DNA from: an uncultured delta proteobacterium
GTDB lineage: Bacteria; Desulfobacterota; Binatia; Binatales; Binataceae
Direction: 5' to 3'
NCBI GenBank assembly: GCA_963724765.1
Contig: CAVRVY010000003.1
Coordinates: 1,056,001 to 1,120,000 of the forward strand
DNA: 64,000 bases
The notes under the pieces were generated by a model. It had not been told where the DNA came from, searched no databases, and saw nothing but the letters and a program-made list of their open reading frames with translations. Position numbers and translations under genes: made by a program. Numbering within the stretch: position 1 is the stretch's first letter; the number at the start of each line of letters is the position of its first letter. Shown piece by piece: positions 42,717 to 56,733 of the stretch.

Positions 42717-44170
42717 CGACTTTCGAGCCTCCTCAAGTAACGCCGCATCGTCTCCGCCGCAGGTCCGCCAGGCAGATTTCGCGCGCGCACCGAGCCTTCG
42801 GCGCTCAAGCCGCGCAGGGCGTCGCGGCCGAAGGCGCCGCTATGGCGCCGCAGGTCGGCGAGCGTGAAGTCTTCGAGCGAGCGCCCGGCGGCGGACGCCT
42901 CGCGCACCAGCGCGCCGACGATCTCGTGTGCGCGCCGAAAGGCGACGCCGTGGCGCACCAAGTACTCGGCAAGGTCGGTCGCCAGCGCGAAGCCGCCGGC
43001 CGCCGCCCGCATCGCCGCCGCGTCGAACCGAAGCCGCGGCCACAGCATCGCGAGCAGCCGCAGCGCCGGCTTCAATGTATCGAGCGCGTCGAAGGTGCGC
43101 TCCTTGTCTTCCTGGAGGTCGGAATTATACGCGAGCGGCAGCCCCTTGAGCACCGTGAGCATCGCCACCAGATCGCCGATCATCCGCCCGCTTTTGGCGC
43201 GAATCAGCTCGAGCAGGTCGGGATTCTTCTTGTGCGGCATCATCGAGCTGCCGGTGGAAAATTCGTCGGGCAGTGCGACGAAGCCGAACTCGGCGCTGCT
43301 CCACAGGATGATCTCCTCGGCCATCCGCGACAGATGCACGGCCGAGAGCGCGGCGGCGGCGAGAAAGTCGACTACGAAGTCGCGGTCCGAAACCGCGTCG
43401 AGGCTGTTCTCGCTGATCCGCTTGAAGCCCAGCTCGCGCGCGACCGCATAGCGATCGATCGGCAGCGTCGTGCCCGCCAACGCCCCCGCTCCCAGCGGCA
43501 TCACTGCCGTGCGCTCCAGCGCCTGGGCGAAGCGCTCGCGGTCGCGCGAGAGCATCTCGATATAGGCGGCCAGGTGATGGGCCAGCGTGATCGGTTGTGC
43601 GCGCTGGAGATGCGTGTAGCCGGGCATCACGGTGTCGAGATGGCGATGGGCGAGCGCGACCAGGGTGCGGCGCAGTTCGCCGACGAGCGCGCTCACCTCG
43701 GCCAGCTCGTCGCGCAGGTAGAGCCGCAGGTCGAGCGCGACCTGGTCGTTGCGCGAGCGCGCGGTGTGCAGTTTGCGCCCGGGCGCGCCGATGCGCTCGG
43801 TCAGGCGGCGCTCGATCGCCAGATGGATGTCCTCGTCGGCAAGCTCGAATCGGAAACGGCCGGCTGCGATCTCGCGCTCGACCGCGCGCAGGCCGGCGAC
43901 GATTTTCGCGCCCTCGGCACGCCGCAGCAGGCCCGTCCGCGCAAGCATCCGCGCATGCGCGATCGAGCCGCGGATATCATGGCGATAGAGTCGGCGGTCG
44001 AACGGCAGCGAGGCGGTGAAGGCTTCCACCTCGGGCAGACGCGCGCGCGCAAAGCGGCCGCGAATCAGGCCGCCGGAGCTGGAAGCGTCGGGGCGTGCGC
44101 GCGCCGCCTTCGTGGCGGCGACGGAGGATGCCTTAACGGCGGCGGTGCTTCGGCGGCGGGTTTTTCTCAC
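42713..44170 (-). CDS. argH: Argininosuccinate lyase
   Basis: HTARSRNDQ, PGYTHLQRAQP, GSSMMPHKKNPD. Confidence 0.97.
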   Translation of the reverse strand: MRKTRRRSTAAVKASSVAATKAARARPDASSSGGLIRGRFARARLPEVEAFTASLPFDRRLYRHDIRGSIAHARMLARTGLLRRAEGAKIVAGLRAVEREIAAGRFRFELADEDIHLAIERRLTERIGAPGRKLHTARSRNDQVALDLRLYLRDELAEVSALVGELRRTLVALAHRHLDTVMPGYTHLQRAQPITLAHHLAAYIEMLSRDRERFAQALERTAVMPLGAGALAGTTLPIDRYAVARELGFKRISENSLDAVSDRDFVVDFLAAAALSAVHLSRMAEEIILWSSAEFGFVALPDEFSTGSSMMPHKKNPDLLELIRAKSGRMIGDLVAMLTVLKGLPLAYNSDLQEDKERTFDALDTLKPALRLLAMLWPRLRFDAAAMRAAAGGFALATDLAEYLVRHGVAFRRAHEIVGALVREASAAGRSLEDFTLADLRRHSGAFGRDALRGLSAEGSVRARNLPGGPAAETMRRYLRRLESR

Positions 44171-44249
44171 TGGGGGGGACTCGAAGGATTCTCGAAGGAG
44201 ACTCGAAATTGCCGAAAAGATCGGAGCTGCACAAGAGCGGCGCCGCGCG

Positions 44250-44423
44250 TCAGCGCGGGGCGGCGATGCGGCAGAAGCATCCGCGCGCCGCGCAACTGGT
44301 CACGCCGTTGGGATGCGTGATGTGAACGTCCATCTTGTGATTGCACTTGGGGCATTTCTGCCCTGGACGCGGCACCAGCCGCGGCGTCGGACGCGAGGGC
44401 CTGAACTGGATCACTTTGCCCAT
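44250..44423 (-). CDS. 57-aa Cys/His-rich putative zinc-binding protein
   Basis: MGKVIQFRP...CPKCNH...H......C....C.C; fills the argG-argH gap on the operon strand. Confidence 0.65.
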   Translation of the reverse strand: MGKVIQFRPSRPTPRLVPRPGQKCPKCNHKMDVHITHPNGVTSCAARGCFCRIAAPR

Positions 44424-44437
44424 GGCGGCGCGCTCGG

Positions 44438-45673
<1,236 letters not shown>

Positions 45674-45704
45674 GCCGCCATCTTAAGGCATTCGCGCTCG
45701 CGCC

Positions 45705-46720
<1,016 letters not shown>

Positions 46721-46724
<4 letters not shown>

Positions 46725-47947
46725 CGCGTAGCGGCTGGTTTGGCGGCTGATGCGGCCGCCGGCGCGGCGGAGAGCGCGCGCTCGATTATCTTGAGCCCGG
46801 CGTCGGCTTCGTCGCGCGTCAGCGTGAGCGGCGGCAGCAGCCGCAGCACGTTCTCAGCCGTGGCGTTGACCAGCAGGCGTTCGCGCAGGCAGGCGTCGGC
46901 GGCGCTCTTGGCCTCGCCGTGCAGCACGATACCGATCATCATGCCCAGTCCGCGCACCTCGGCCACCCGCGCGCAGCCCTTGGCGAACGTGCGCAGCCGC
47001 TCGATCAGGTAGCCGCCGACGCTGGTCGCGTTCTCCATCGCGCCGTCCTGCTCGAGCGCGTCGAGCACGCCCAGCGCCGCGGCGCAGGAAACCGGGTTGC
47101 CGCCGAAGGTCGAGCCGTGACTGCCCGGCGTGAGGCTCTGGGCAATTTCGCTTTTGGCGATCATCGCGCCGATCGGCAGTCCGCCCCCGAGCGCCTTGGC
47201 AAGCGTCATGATGTCCGGCTTGACCCCGGCGTGCTGCCAGGCGAAGAGCTTGCCCGTGCGCCCCATCCCGGTCTGCACCTCGTCGAAGATGAGCAGGATT
47301 TTGCGCCGGTCACAGAGATCGCGCACGCGCTTGAGATAGTCGACGCGCGGCGTGACCACGCCGCCTTCGCCCTGGATCGGCTCGAGCATAATCGCGATCG
47401 TTTCGTCGTGGACCGCCTTGTCCAACGCTTCGACGTCGTCGTAGGGGACCATGCGGAAGCCCGGCACCAGCGGCTGGAAGCCGATGTGATATTTCTCCTG
47501 GCCGGTCGCGCTCAGCGTGCCGAAGGTGCGGCCATGGAACGAGCCGAGCGTGGAAACGACCTCGAAGCGGCCGGCGCCGCGGTCGTGGCCCCAGCGCCGC
47601 GCCAGCTTGAGCGCGGCCTCGTTGGCTTCGGCGCCCGAGTTGCAGAAGAACACTCGTCCGTCGCCGAAATGGCCGCACAGCCGAGCGGCCAGCCGCGCCA
47701 TCGGCTCGGTATGAAAGACATTGGAGACGTGCGTCAGCTTCTCAGCCTGTTCCTTGATCGCGCGTACGACGCGAGGATTGCCGTGCCCCAGCGAAGTCAC
47801 GGCGAGGCCGCAAAAGAAATCCAGGTAGCGGTTGCCGTCGGCGTCATAGAGATAGGCGCCGGTGCCGCGCACGAACGCCAGTGGCACGCAGCCGTAAGTG
47901 TTGATGAGATTTTGATGGGCGAGGTCGACGATTTCAGCGTTGTTCAT
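46721..47947 (-). CDS. argD: Acetylornithine aminotransferase
   Basis: NSGAEANE, FHGRT, EPIQGEGG, DEVQTG, LAKALGGG, HGSTFGGNP. Start taken at MNNAEIV. Confidence 0.95.
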
Positions 47948-48071
47948 CCTGGATTCCCCTGAATTCCCGGCAACCTGGCCGCGCCGCGCCTGGAGCGGCC
48001 GCGACTTCGATAGCCGGGTCATCTAAGCTGTATGCCACAGGACGGCGCGGAATGCTCGCCGCTGGGGCGTC

Positions 48072-48953
48072 CTAGCTGCTTGCCACGACCTCGGTGCCCA
48101 CGCCCGCTTCGGTGAAAATCTCGAGCAGGATTGCGTGGCGCGTACGTCCGTCGACCACGTGAGTCTTGCCGACGCCGCCCTTGAGCGCCGCGATACAGCA
48201 CTCCACCTTCGGAATCATCCCGTTGCTGATCGCGCCCGCCGCGATCAGTTTCTGTGCCTCGGCCACGGTCAGCGTCGGGATGAGCTTGCCGTCCTTGCCC
48301 TTCACGCCCTCAACGTCGGTCAGCAAAATGAGCTTTTCGGCGCCCAGCGCGGCGGCGAGGTCGCCTGCGGCGACGTCGGCGTTGACGTTGTAGGTCAGGC
48401 CGTCGCGGCCGTGGCCGACCGGCGCGATGACCGGGATGAAGCCGGCGGTCTCGAGCGTGCGCAGCACCTGCGGATTTACCTCGGCGACTTCGCCCACCAG
48501 TCCGATATCGACCTTGGAAGGCACGCCGGCTTCGTCGTTGAGCGTCATTTCGAGCTTGCGCGCGATGATCAGGTCCGCGTCCTTGCCCGAGAGCCCCACC
48601 GCGCGGCAGCCGTGGCGCGAAAGGAGCGCGACGATGTCCTTGTTGAGCCGCTGCAGCACCATCTCGACCGCTTCCATCGTCGGCGCGTCGGTCACCCGCA
48701 TCCCGCGCACGAAACTTGACTTCAGCCCCAGCCGCTCGATGAGCTGGTTGATTTGCGGACCGCCGCCGTGCACCACCACCGGATTCATCCCGACCGCCTT
48801 CAGCAACACCACGTCTTCGGCGAAGCTCTCTCGCAGATCGGCCGCTTCCATCGCGTGGCCGCCGTATTTTATTACGAAGGTCTTGCCGCGAAAGCGCTGG
48901 ATGTAGGGCAGCGCCTCGACCAATACTGACGCGATGGTGTTCGGATCCTGCAC
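48072..48953 (-). CDS. argB: Acetylglutamate kinase
   Basis: EALPYI, IKYGG, VHGGGP, NVNAD, GMIPK. GTG start uncertain. Confidence 0.95.
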   Translation of the reverse strand: MQDPNTIASVLVEALPYIQRFRGKTFVIKYGGHAMEAADLRESFAEDVVLLKAVGMNPVVVHGGGPQINQLIERLGLKSSFVRGMRVTDAPTMEAVEMVLQRLNKDIVALLSRHGCRAVGLSGKDADLIIARKLEMTLNDEAGVPSKVDIGLVGEVAEVNPQVLRTLETAGFIPVIAPVGHGRDGLTYNVNADVAAGDLAAALGAEKLILLTDVEGVKGKDGKLIPTLTVAEAQKLIAAGAISNGMIPKVECCIAALKGGVGKTHVVDGRTRHAILLEIFTEAGVGTEVVASS

Positions 48954-49068
48954 CGTCTCTCTCTCCGCCGCCGGGACAGCCGGCGCACGCGGCCGCCCTC
49001 CTGGGCGCCGCATCGTCACGCGGCCTGCGCCTTCGCCGGGCCGTATCCTAACAGGGCTAACAGGGTCG

Positions 49069-50433
<1,365 letters not shown>

Positions 50434-50507
50434 TGCTCCTTCAACAAGGACGCCGCCTTCTCCACGCGCCCCTGTCGCGACGGGCGTGCGCCGGCGGCGC
50501 CGGCTCT

Positions 50508-51056
50508 CTACAATTCTTCAATTATAAACCGATCGTTGGTGTATACGCAGATCTCCGCGGCCACCTGCATCGCGCTCTCCGCGATCTGGCGCGCGCTCAT
50601 CGCCGGGGCATGACGCACCAGCGCCCGCGCCGCCGCCAGCGCGTAGTTGCCGCCCGACCCGATCGCCAGGATTCCGTCGTCCGGCTCGATCACGTCGCCC
50701 AGCCCCGAAATCAAAAGCGAACTTTCGCGGTCGGCCACGATCAGCATCGCTTCCAGCCGCCGCAGCACACGGTCGGTGCGCCAATCCTTGGCCATTTCGA
50801 CGGCAGCCCGGCGCAGGTTGCCGTTGAACTCCTGCAGCTTGTGCTCGAATTTCTCGAACAGCGTCAGCGCGTCGGCGGTCGAGCCGGCGAAGCCCGACAG
50901 CACTTTGTCGTCGTGCAGCCGGCGCACCTTGCGCGCTCCGTGCTTCATGATCGTCTGGCCGACGCTGACCTGGCCGTCGCCCGCGACCACCACGTGGCCG
51001 GCGTTGCGCACGCACAGGATCGTCGTCCCGCGGATGACGGTGTCGGACTCAGGCAC
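50508..51056 (-). CDS. hslV: ATP-dependent protease peptidase subunit
   Basis: TTIL N-terminal nucleophile, [23 protein letters not shown] start overlaps the xerC end. Confidence 0.96.
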   Translation of the reverse strand: MPESDTVIRGTTILCVRNAGHVVVAGDGQVSVGQTIMKHGARKVRRLHDDKVLSGFAGSTADALTLFEKFEHKLQEFNGNLRRAAVEMAKDWRTDRVLRRLEAMLIVADRESSLLISGLGDVIEPDDGILAIGSGGNYALAAARALVRHAPAMSARQIAESAMQVAAEICVYTNDRFIIEEL

Positions 51057-51951
51057 GCGGATGGGCACGGCGATAGACCTCTTTGAGACGGTTGACGCTA
51101 ACGTGAGTGTAGCGCTGCGTGGTGGCGAGGCTCGCATGGCCGAGCATCTCCTGAATCGAGCGCAGGTCGGCGCCGGCGTTGAGCATGTGCGTCGCGAAGC
51201 AGTGGCGCAGCCCATGCGGCGTGATCGACGTTGCCAGTCCCGCCTGCACGATACGCCGGGCCAGGATGTTTTCGACCGCGCGCGTCGTCAGCCGTCCGCC
51301 GCGCAGGTTGGTGATCACCGGGCCGTCGAGTTCCCAGGCTTTCGGCATCGCGCGCCGCCACGTTTTAAGCGCGTCGAGCGCCGGTTCGCCAATCGGCACC
51401 ATGCGATCCTTGTTGCCCTTGCCCGAGCGCACCAGCACCATCCCGACCTCGTCGTCGACGTCGCGCCAGTCAAGGCCGACCAGCTCGCTCACGCGCAGGC
51501 CCGAGGAGTAGAGCGTTTCGAGAATCGCGCGGTCGCGCAAAGCGGCCGGGGAGGGGTCTTCGCTCTCGGCCTCAATCAGCCGGCGCACGTCGTCCTCGGG
51601 CAGGATCGCGGGCAGGCGGCGCTGGATGCGCGGCGAGCGCAACGCGCGCGCCGGGCTCGCCGAATTCGCCATCGTTTCGCGCCAGCGGAAAAAAGCCTTG
51701 ATCGCGAACAGGCGGCGCTGGACGGTGGCGCGGCTGAGCATTTTCATCGCTTCGGAAAGATAGCCGCGGATATGATCGGTGGTAATCGCCTCGGGGTCGA
51801 CTTCCTCGCCTGCTGAGGCGAGCGCGGCCCCGCGTTCGAGCAGGAAACGGCGAAAATCGCACAAGTCCCGGCGATAGTTCGATACCGTATTGTCGGCCGC
51901 GCGCGAGGCTTTGCCCAACGCCGCCGCGAATGCCTCTATTTCCGCCTGCAT
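51049..51951 (-). CDS. xerC: Tyrosine recombinase XerC
   Basis: [36 protein letters not shown]; xerC-hslVU synteny. Confidence 0.9.
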   Translation of the reverse strand: MQAEIEAFAAALGKASRAADNTVSNYRRDLCDFRRFLLERGAALASAGEEVDPEAITTDHIRGYLSEAMKMLSRATVQRRLFAIKAFFRWRETMANSASPARALRSPRIQRRLPAILPEDDVRRLIEAESEDPSPAALRDRAILETLYSSGLRVSELVGLDWRDVDDEVGMVLVRSGKGNKDRMVPIGEPALDALKTWRRAMPKAWELDGPVITNLRGGRLTTRAVENILARRIVQAGLATSITPHGLRHCFATHMLNAGADLRSIQEMLGHASLATTQRYTHVSVNRLKEVYRRAHPRA

Positions 51952-52084
51952 CGACTCGGGTCTAATCCAAACGCTATGCTATCAAGCAGGCGCAACGCGC
52001 AAAAGGTATACGCAAAAGCATACGTGAGCATGCGGGCGCCGCGCGCCAACGGGAGCGCAGGTCCTTACTAATGAACTGCTGGCG

Positions 52085-52396
52085 ATGAACTGCTGGAAGT
52101 GCGGCCATCGGGTCGAGATGATCGAGCGCGTCGGGTTCCACGCGCATTGTCCGCAATGCTATCGGCCGCTGCACGTATGCCGCAATTGCTCGCTTTACGA
52201 TCCGGCCTGTAACAATCAGTGCCGCGAGACGATGGCGGAGCGAGTGGTGGACAAGGATCGTTCGAATTTCTGCGAGTACTTCGCGCCCAACACTGACACT
52301 GCCGTGACGCCGTCTCAGCCCGAGCAGCCTCGGCCGTCTTCGGAACGCGACGCGCGGGCGCGACTCGACGCGCTGTTCAAGAAGAAAAAACCATGA
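52085..52396 (+). CDS. Conserved-type Cys-rich small protein
   Basis: CWKC..CPQC..LHVCRNC..YD..N.CRE..AE.V.DK..NFCEYF; overlaps the glmU start. Confidence 0.75.
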   Translation: MNCWKCGHRVEMIERVGFHAHCPQCYRPLHVCRNCSLYDPACNNQCRETMAERVVDKDRSNFCEYFAPNTDTAVTPSQPEQPRPSSERDARARLDALFKKKKP

Positions 52397-53820
52397 CGAC
52401 GGCGCCGGGAGCGATCGTCCTGGCCGCCGGACTTGGCACCCGGATGCGTTCGGCGCGCGCCAAGGTGCTGCGCGAGCTTGGCGGTGAGCCGATGATCGCG
52501 CGCGTGATGCGCTCGCTCATCCCGCTTGCGCCCGCGCCGCTGGTCGTGGTCGTTGGCCATCAGGGCGACGAGGTTGCGGCGGCCGCGCGCGCCGCCGTGC
52601 CGAACGTGAGCGTCGAGGCCGCGCGTCAGCCCGCGCAGCACGGCACGGGCGACGCGGCGCGATGCGGCCTGGAGGCTTTCACGCCGGGCTTTGATGGCGA
52701 CGTGCTGATCCTTTATGGCGACATGCCGATGGTCCGGCCGGCGACGCTGCTGGCGTTCATCGCCGAGCATCGCCGCGTGGGCGCAGATGTATCGTTCATC
52801 AGCGCGATGCTGGACGACGCTGGCGCATATGGCCGCGTAGTTCGCGACCGCCCCGGCGCGGTGACGGCGATCGTGGAGGCGCGCGACGCGTCGCCCGCCG
52901 AGCTTGCGATCCGCGAGATTAACACCGGCGTCTATCTCGCTCGCGCGGCCGTGTTGCGCGCAGCGCTCGCAGAGTTGCGCCCTAACAATGCGCAGGGCGA
53001 GTACTACCTTACCGACCTGGTGGCGATCGCGCGGCGCGGCGGCCTTACCGTGCAGGCCTGGTGCGCGCCCGAGGCGGCCGAGTTCGCCGGAATAAATTCA
53101 CTCAAGGAGCTGGCAGATATGGAAGCCGAGATCAGGGCGGTGGTTAACCGCAAGTTGCTGGAGGCGGGGGTGACGATCGTCGATCCGGCGACCGCGTATA
53201 TCGGCGAGCAGGTCGAAATCGGGCGCGACTCGGTAATCGGCCCCAACGTGCAGATTCTCGGCCGCAGCAAAGTCGGCGAGGGCGTGCGAATCGAGGGCAC
53301 GGCGTATCTGCGCGAGGTCGAAATCGGCGACGGATGCCATCTGAAGCTTGGCGTGCGCGCCGAGGAATGCCGCATCGGGCCGCATTGCGAAATCGGCCCT
53401 TTCGCCAATTTGCGCACTGGCACCGAGCTCGAAGGCCATAACCGCATCGGCAATTTCGTCGAGACCAAGAAGGCGCGGCTCGGAGAGGGCACCAAGGCGA
53501 GCCATCTGAGCTACCTGGGCGACACCGTGATCGGCCGCGAGACCAACATCGGATGCGGCGTGATCACGGTCAACTACGACGGCTACGACAAGCATCTCAC
53601 GCGGATCGGCAGCCGCTGCATGATCGGATGCGACACGCAGTTGGTTGCGCCGGTCAAGGTCGGCGACGACGTCTACGTCGCCTCGGGCACCACGATTTTG
53701 CGCGAGGTCCCCGACGGCGCGCTTTGCGTTTCGCATCATCCGCAGAAGATCAAGCACGGATGGACGGCCGAGTGGCGCCGCCGCCACGGCGATCGCGCCG
53801 AGGCGAAGGGCTCGGATTAG
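52393..53820 (+). CDS. glmU: Bifunctional UDP-GlcNAc pyrophosphorylase/acetyltransferase
   Basis: LAAGLGTRM, GEYYLTD, HLSYLGD, NYDG, hexapeptide repeats. Confidence 0.96.
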   Translation: MTTAPGAIVLAAGLGTRMRSARAKVLRELGGEPMIARVMRSLIPLAPAPLVVVVGHQGDEVAAAARAAVPNVSVEAARQPAQHGTGDAARCGLEAFTPGFDGDVLILYGDMPMVRPATLLAFIAEHRRVGADVSFISAMLDDAGAYGRVVRDRPGAVTAIVEARDASPAELAIREINTGVYLARAAVLRAALAELRPNNAQGEYYLTDLVAIARRGGLTVQAWCAPEAAEFAGINSLKELADMEAEIRAVVNRKLLEAGVTIVDPATAYIGEQVEIGRDSVIGPNVQILGRSKVGEGVRIEGTAYLREVEIGDGCHLKLGVRAEECRIGPHCEIGPFANLRTGTELEGHNRIGNFVETKKARLGEGTKASHLSYLGDTVIGRETNIGCGVITVNYDGYDKHLTRIGSRCMIGCDTQLVAPVKVGDDVYVASGTTILREVPDGALCVSHHPQKIKHGWTAEWRRRHGDRAEAKGSD

Positions 53821-53878
53821 CGCTGGCGTCGCGCTGCCCGGACCGGCAAACTTAAAGGCTGGGAAAGGTTGAACCTGC

Positions 53879-55711
53879 ATGTGCGGAATAATCGGATACG
53901 TGGGCCCCTCCGAGGCGGTGCCCATACTGCTCGGCGCGCTTGCGCGGCTGGAGTATCGCGGCTACGACTCGGCTGGTGTGGCGACGATCAACGGCGCCGG
54001 GATGGAAATCCGCCGCGCGGTCGGCAAGCTGGAGAACCTGCGCCGCGCGCTCGAGGGCGCGCCGCTTAAGGGATCGATCGGAATCGGGCATACGCGATGG
54101 GCGACGCATGGCCGCCCCTCGGAGGGCAACGCCCATCCGCACAAGGCCGGTCCGGTCGCGGTAATTCACAATGGCATCGTCGAGAACTACGTCGAACTGC
54201 GCGCCGCGCTGACCGGGCGCGGTCATAAGCTGAGCTCCGAGACCGACACCGAACTCATCTCGCATCTCATCGAGGAGCGGGTGCGCGCCGGCCTGGGGCT
54301 GACCGAGGCGGTGCGCCAAACGGTGCTCGAATTGCGCGGATCGTTCTCGATCGTCGTGCTCTCCGAAACCGAGCCCGACAAGTTGGTCGCCGCCAAGACC
54401 GCGACGCCGCTGGTGCTCGGGCTGGGCGAGAACGAGAACTTCGTCGCCTCTGACATCCCGGCGATCCTCGGCCATACCCGCCGCACCATCGTGCTCGAGG
54501 ACGGCGAGCTGGCCGAGCTCACCGCGCATGGCGTGCGCCTGATGACTTTCGACGGCGCGCCGATCGAACGCGCTCCGCGGCTCATCGAATGGGACTCGGT
54601 GGCCGCGACCAAGGGCGGCTTCCAGCATTACCTGCGCAAGGAGATCGCCGAGCAGCCGCAGGCCTGGATCGACACGTTGAGCGGGCGCGCGGCGGCCGGC
54701 TCCAACGCGGTACGCTTCGAGGGTGAGCTGTTGCCGGCGGCCGGGCCGCAGGCGATCGGGCGAATCGTGATGGTCAGCGCGGGCGCCTCATGGATCGCCT
54801 CGCTCATCGGTAAATTCATGATCGAAGAGCTGTGCGGCGTGCCGGCCGAAGTCGATTACTCGGCCGAGTTCCGCTATCGCCAGCCGCCGATCGACGCGCG
54901 CACCATGATGATCGCGGTGTCGCAGTCGGGCGAGACCGCCGACACCCTGGCCGCGTTGGAAGAAGGGCGCCGGCGCGGATGCCATCTGCTCGCCATCACC
55001 AACACCGTCGATTCCTCGATCGCGCGCAAGGCCGACGCGCAGCTCTACACTCGCTGCGGCCCCGAAATAAGCGTCACCACAACCAAGTGCTTCCTGACCC
55101 AGATCGAGGCGTTCTACCTGTTCGCGATCCATCTCGCCGCGCGCCTGGGCAGGCTCAGCGAGCGCGAAGTCAACGCGATGCTTGCGCCGGCCCTCGCGAT
55201 CCCGGCGCAAATCAAGGAAGTGCTGGAGAAGCGCGAGCGCCAGATCGAGCGCGTGGCGCGCAAGTACGGCAAGGCCCGCGATTTCTTATATCTCGGCCGC
55301 GGCATCAACTACCCGGTCGCGCTGGAGGGCGCGCTCAAGCTCAAGGAGATTTCCTACATCCATGCGGAGGGCTACTCGGCGGGCGAGATGAAGCATGGGC
55401 CGATCGCGCTCATCGACGACGAGATGCCGGTGGTGGTGATCATCCCGTTCGACAACGTGTATGAAAAGACGCTGTCGAACCTGCGCGAGGTCGAATCGCG
55501 CAACGGCCGCATCATCGCCGTGACCGACCATCCCACGCCCGAGCTTGAAGAGGTCGCGTGGGAGATAATCGAGGTTCCGACGACGCATCGGATGCTGATG
55601 CCGGTGCTGACGACGGTGCCGTTGCAGTTGCTCGCCTACCATATTGCGGTCTATCGCGGCACCGACGTCGACCAGCCGCGCAATCTGGCCAAGTCGGTGA
55701 CGGTCGAATAG
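53879..55711 (+). CDS. glmS: Glutamine-fructose-6-phosphate aminotransferase
   Basis: MCGI, EYRGYDSAG, SQSGETADT, KHGPIAL, PRNLAKSVTVE. Confidence 0.99.
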   Translation: MCGIIGYVGPSEAVPILLGALARLEYRGYDSAGVATINGAGMEIRRAVGKLENLRRALEGAPLKGSIGIGHTRWATHGRPSEGNAHPHKAGPVAVIHNGIVENYVELRAALTGRGHKLSSETDTELISHLIEERVRAGLGLTEAVRQTVLELRGSFSIVVLSETEPDKLVAAKTATPLVLGLGENENFVASDIPAILGHTRRTIVLEDGELAELTAHGVRLMTFDGAPIERAPRLIEWDSVAATKGGFQHYLRKEIAEQPQAWIDTLSGRAAAGSNAVRFEGELLPAAGPQAIGRIVMVSAGASWIASLIGKFMIEELCGVPAEVDYSAEFRYRQPPIDARTMMIAVSQSGETADTLAALEEGRRRGCHLLAITNTVDSSIARKADAQLYTRCGPEISVTTTKCFLTQIEAFYLFAIHLAARLGRLSEREVNAMLAPALAIPAQIKEVLEKRERQIERVARKYGKARDFLYLGRGINYPVALEGALKLKEISYIHAEGYSAGEMKHGPIALIDDEMPVVVIIPFDNVYEKTLSNLREVESRNGRIIAVTDHPTPELEEVAWEIIEVPTTHRMLMPVLTTVPLQLLAYHIAVYRGTDVDQPRNLAKSVTVE

Positions 55712-55801
55712 CCGCGCGCGGCGCGGGCTTGGTTCTCAGAGGGCAAAGATCGATCGCCGACGAAAGAAGTTTTACTCGTCGAAACTCGAAATTTACCAAA
55801 G

Positions 55802-56635
55802 CTAGTGCTTGGAGATCGGATACTGCGCGGCGGCACCGTCGATCGCGAGCGAATTTTCGTCCTGAATAAATGCCGCTACGCCGAGATGGTCAAGCTTCCA
55901 TGACGGATCGAGCTCGACGCTGAGTTCGTTCTCCAGCGCGGAACCGGCCGTCGGATTCAGTTCGAACGCGGGCACTATCTTTCTCACCGTGTAGTCGTAC
56001 CTGACCCGGTGGCCGCTGTTTTCGCCGCCGTCGATCTTGGCCATCAGTCCGTTCTCGTAGATTGCAACCACCACGATCAGCGACTTGTCTCCCGCCGTGC
56101 GCAAGATGTGCGCGCTGACGCTGAGGTTGAGCTTGTGCGAGCCCGCGGCCGGCGGCGTCGCGCGCACTGTGACCACGCCCGGCGGCGGCGTCGCACGGGC
56201 GGCCGCGATCGCGCGCGTGATACCGTTGGGGTCAGAGCCGACGCATTGCCATCTGCCGTTGATCACGATTTGCGGCGTATACGAACCGCTCAGTTGCATC
56301 GCGCGAATGTACTCGACCTGGCGCATGGTCCATTGGCTCGACGAAAACGGGTCCGACCATCCCAGGCTATCCCAATAATCGACGTGGTAGGCGAGCGGTA
56401 TCACGCCGGTGGTTAACGCGCCGATTCTGCTCAGCAGTTCGTCGGCGGGCGGGCAGCTTGAACATCCTTCGGACGTGAACAGCTCCAGCACCACCGGACG
56501 GTCCTCGGATGCCGCACTGCTTTGCGCGAATGCCACGCGCTGCCCCAGGAAAGGGGTTCCGGCCGCCGCCGCGAGCGTGATGGCGCCAATCACGGCGATC
56601 AAGCTCAACTGCGCGGATGCGGATTCACTCCTCAT
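55802..56635 (-). CDS. DUF1223 thioredoxin-like exported protein
   Basis: ELFTSEGCSSCPPAD, HVDYWD.LGW.DPF, YTPQ, GEN.G. Confidence 0.85.
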   Translation of the reverse strand: MRSESASAQLSLIAVIGAITLAAAAGTPFLGQRVAFAQSSAASEDRPVVLELFTSEGCSSCPPADELLSRIGALTTGVIPLAYHVDYWDSLGWSDPFSSSQWTMRQVEYIRAMQLSGSYTPQIVINGRWQCVGSDPNGITRAIAAARATPPPGVVTVRATPPAAGSHKLNLSVSAHILRTAGDKSLIVVVAIYENGLMAKIDGGENSGHRVRYDYTVRKIVPAFELNPTAGSALENELSVELDPSWKLDHLGVAAFIQDENSLAIDGAAAQYPISKH

Positions 56636-56733
56636 ACGGCCTCGCCAATAACAAACCTCCGAACCGCTCCGCAGGTTCCGGGCTACCGGTCCGGAGTTGA
56701 ACTGAAGTCGGCGCGAAGCTTAGCGAAACCGCC

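Noticed and set aside
44170-44210. Reverse-strand TTCGAGTCCCCCCCA resembling a tRNA 3' end or att site
   Set aside because: No T-stem pairing; explained by the local 11-nt tandem duplication.
51049-51951. Tyrosine recombinase as a prophage/ICE integrase
   Set aside because: Size, motifs and overlap with hslV indicate housekeeping XerC.
55676-55801. attTn7 site at the glmS 3' end
   Set aside because: No Tn7 end or tns genes downstream; the site appears unoccupied.
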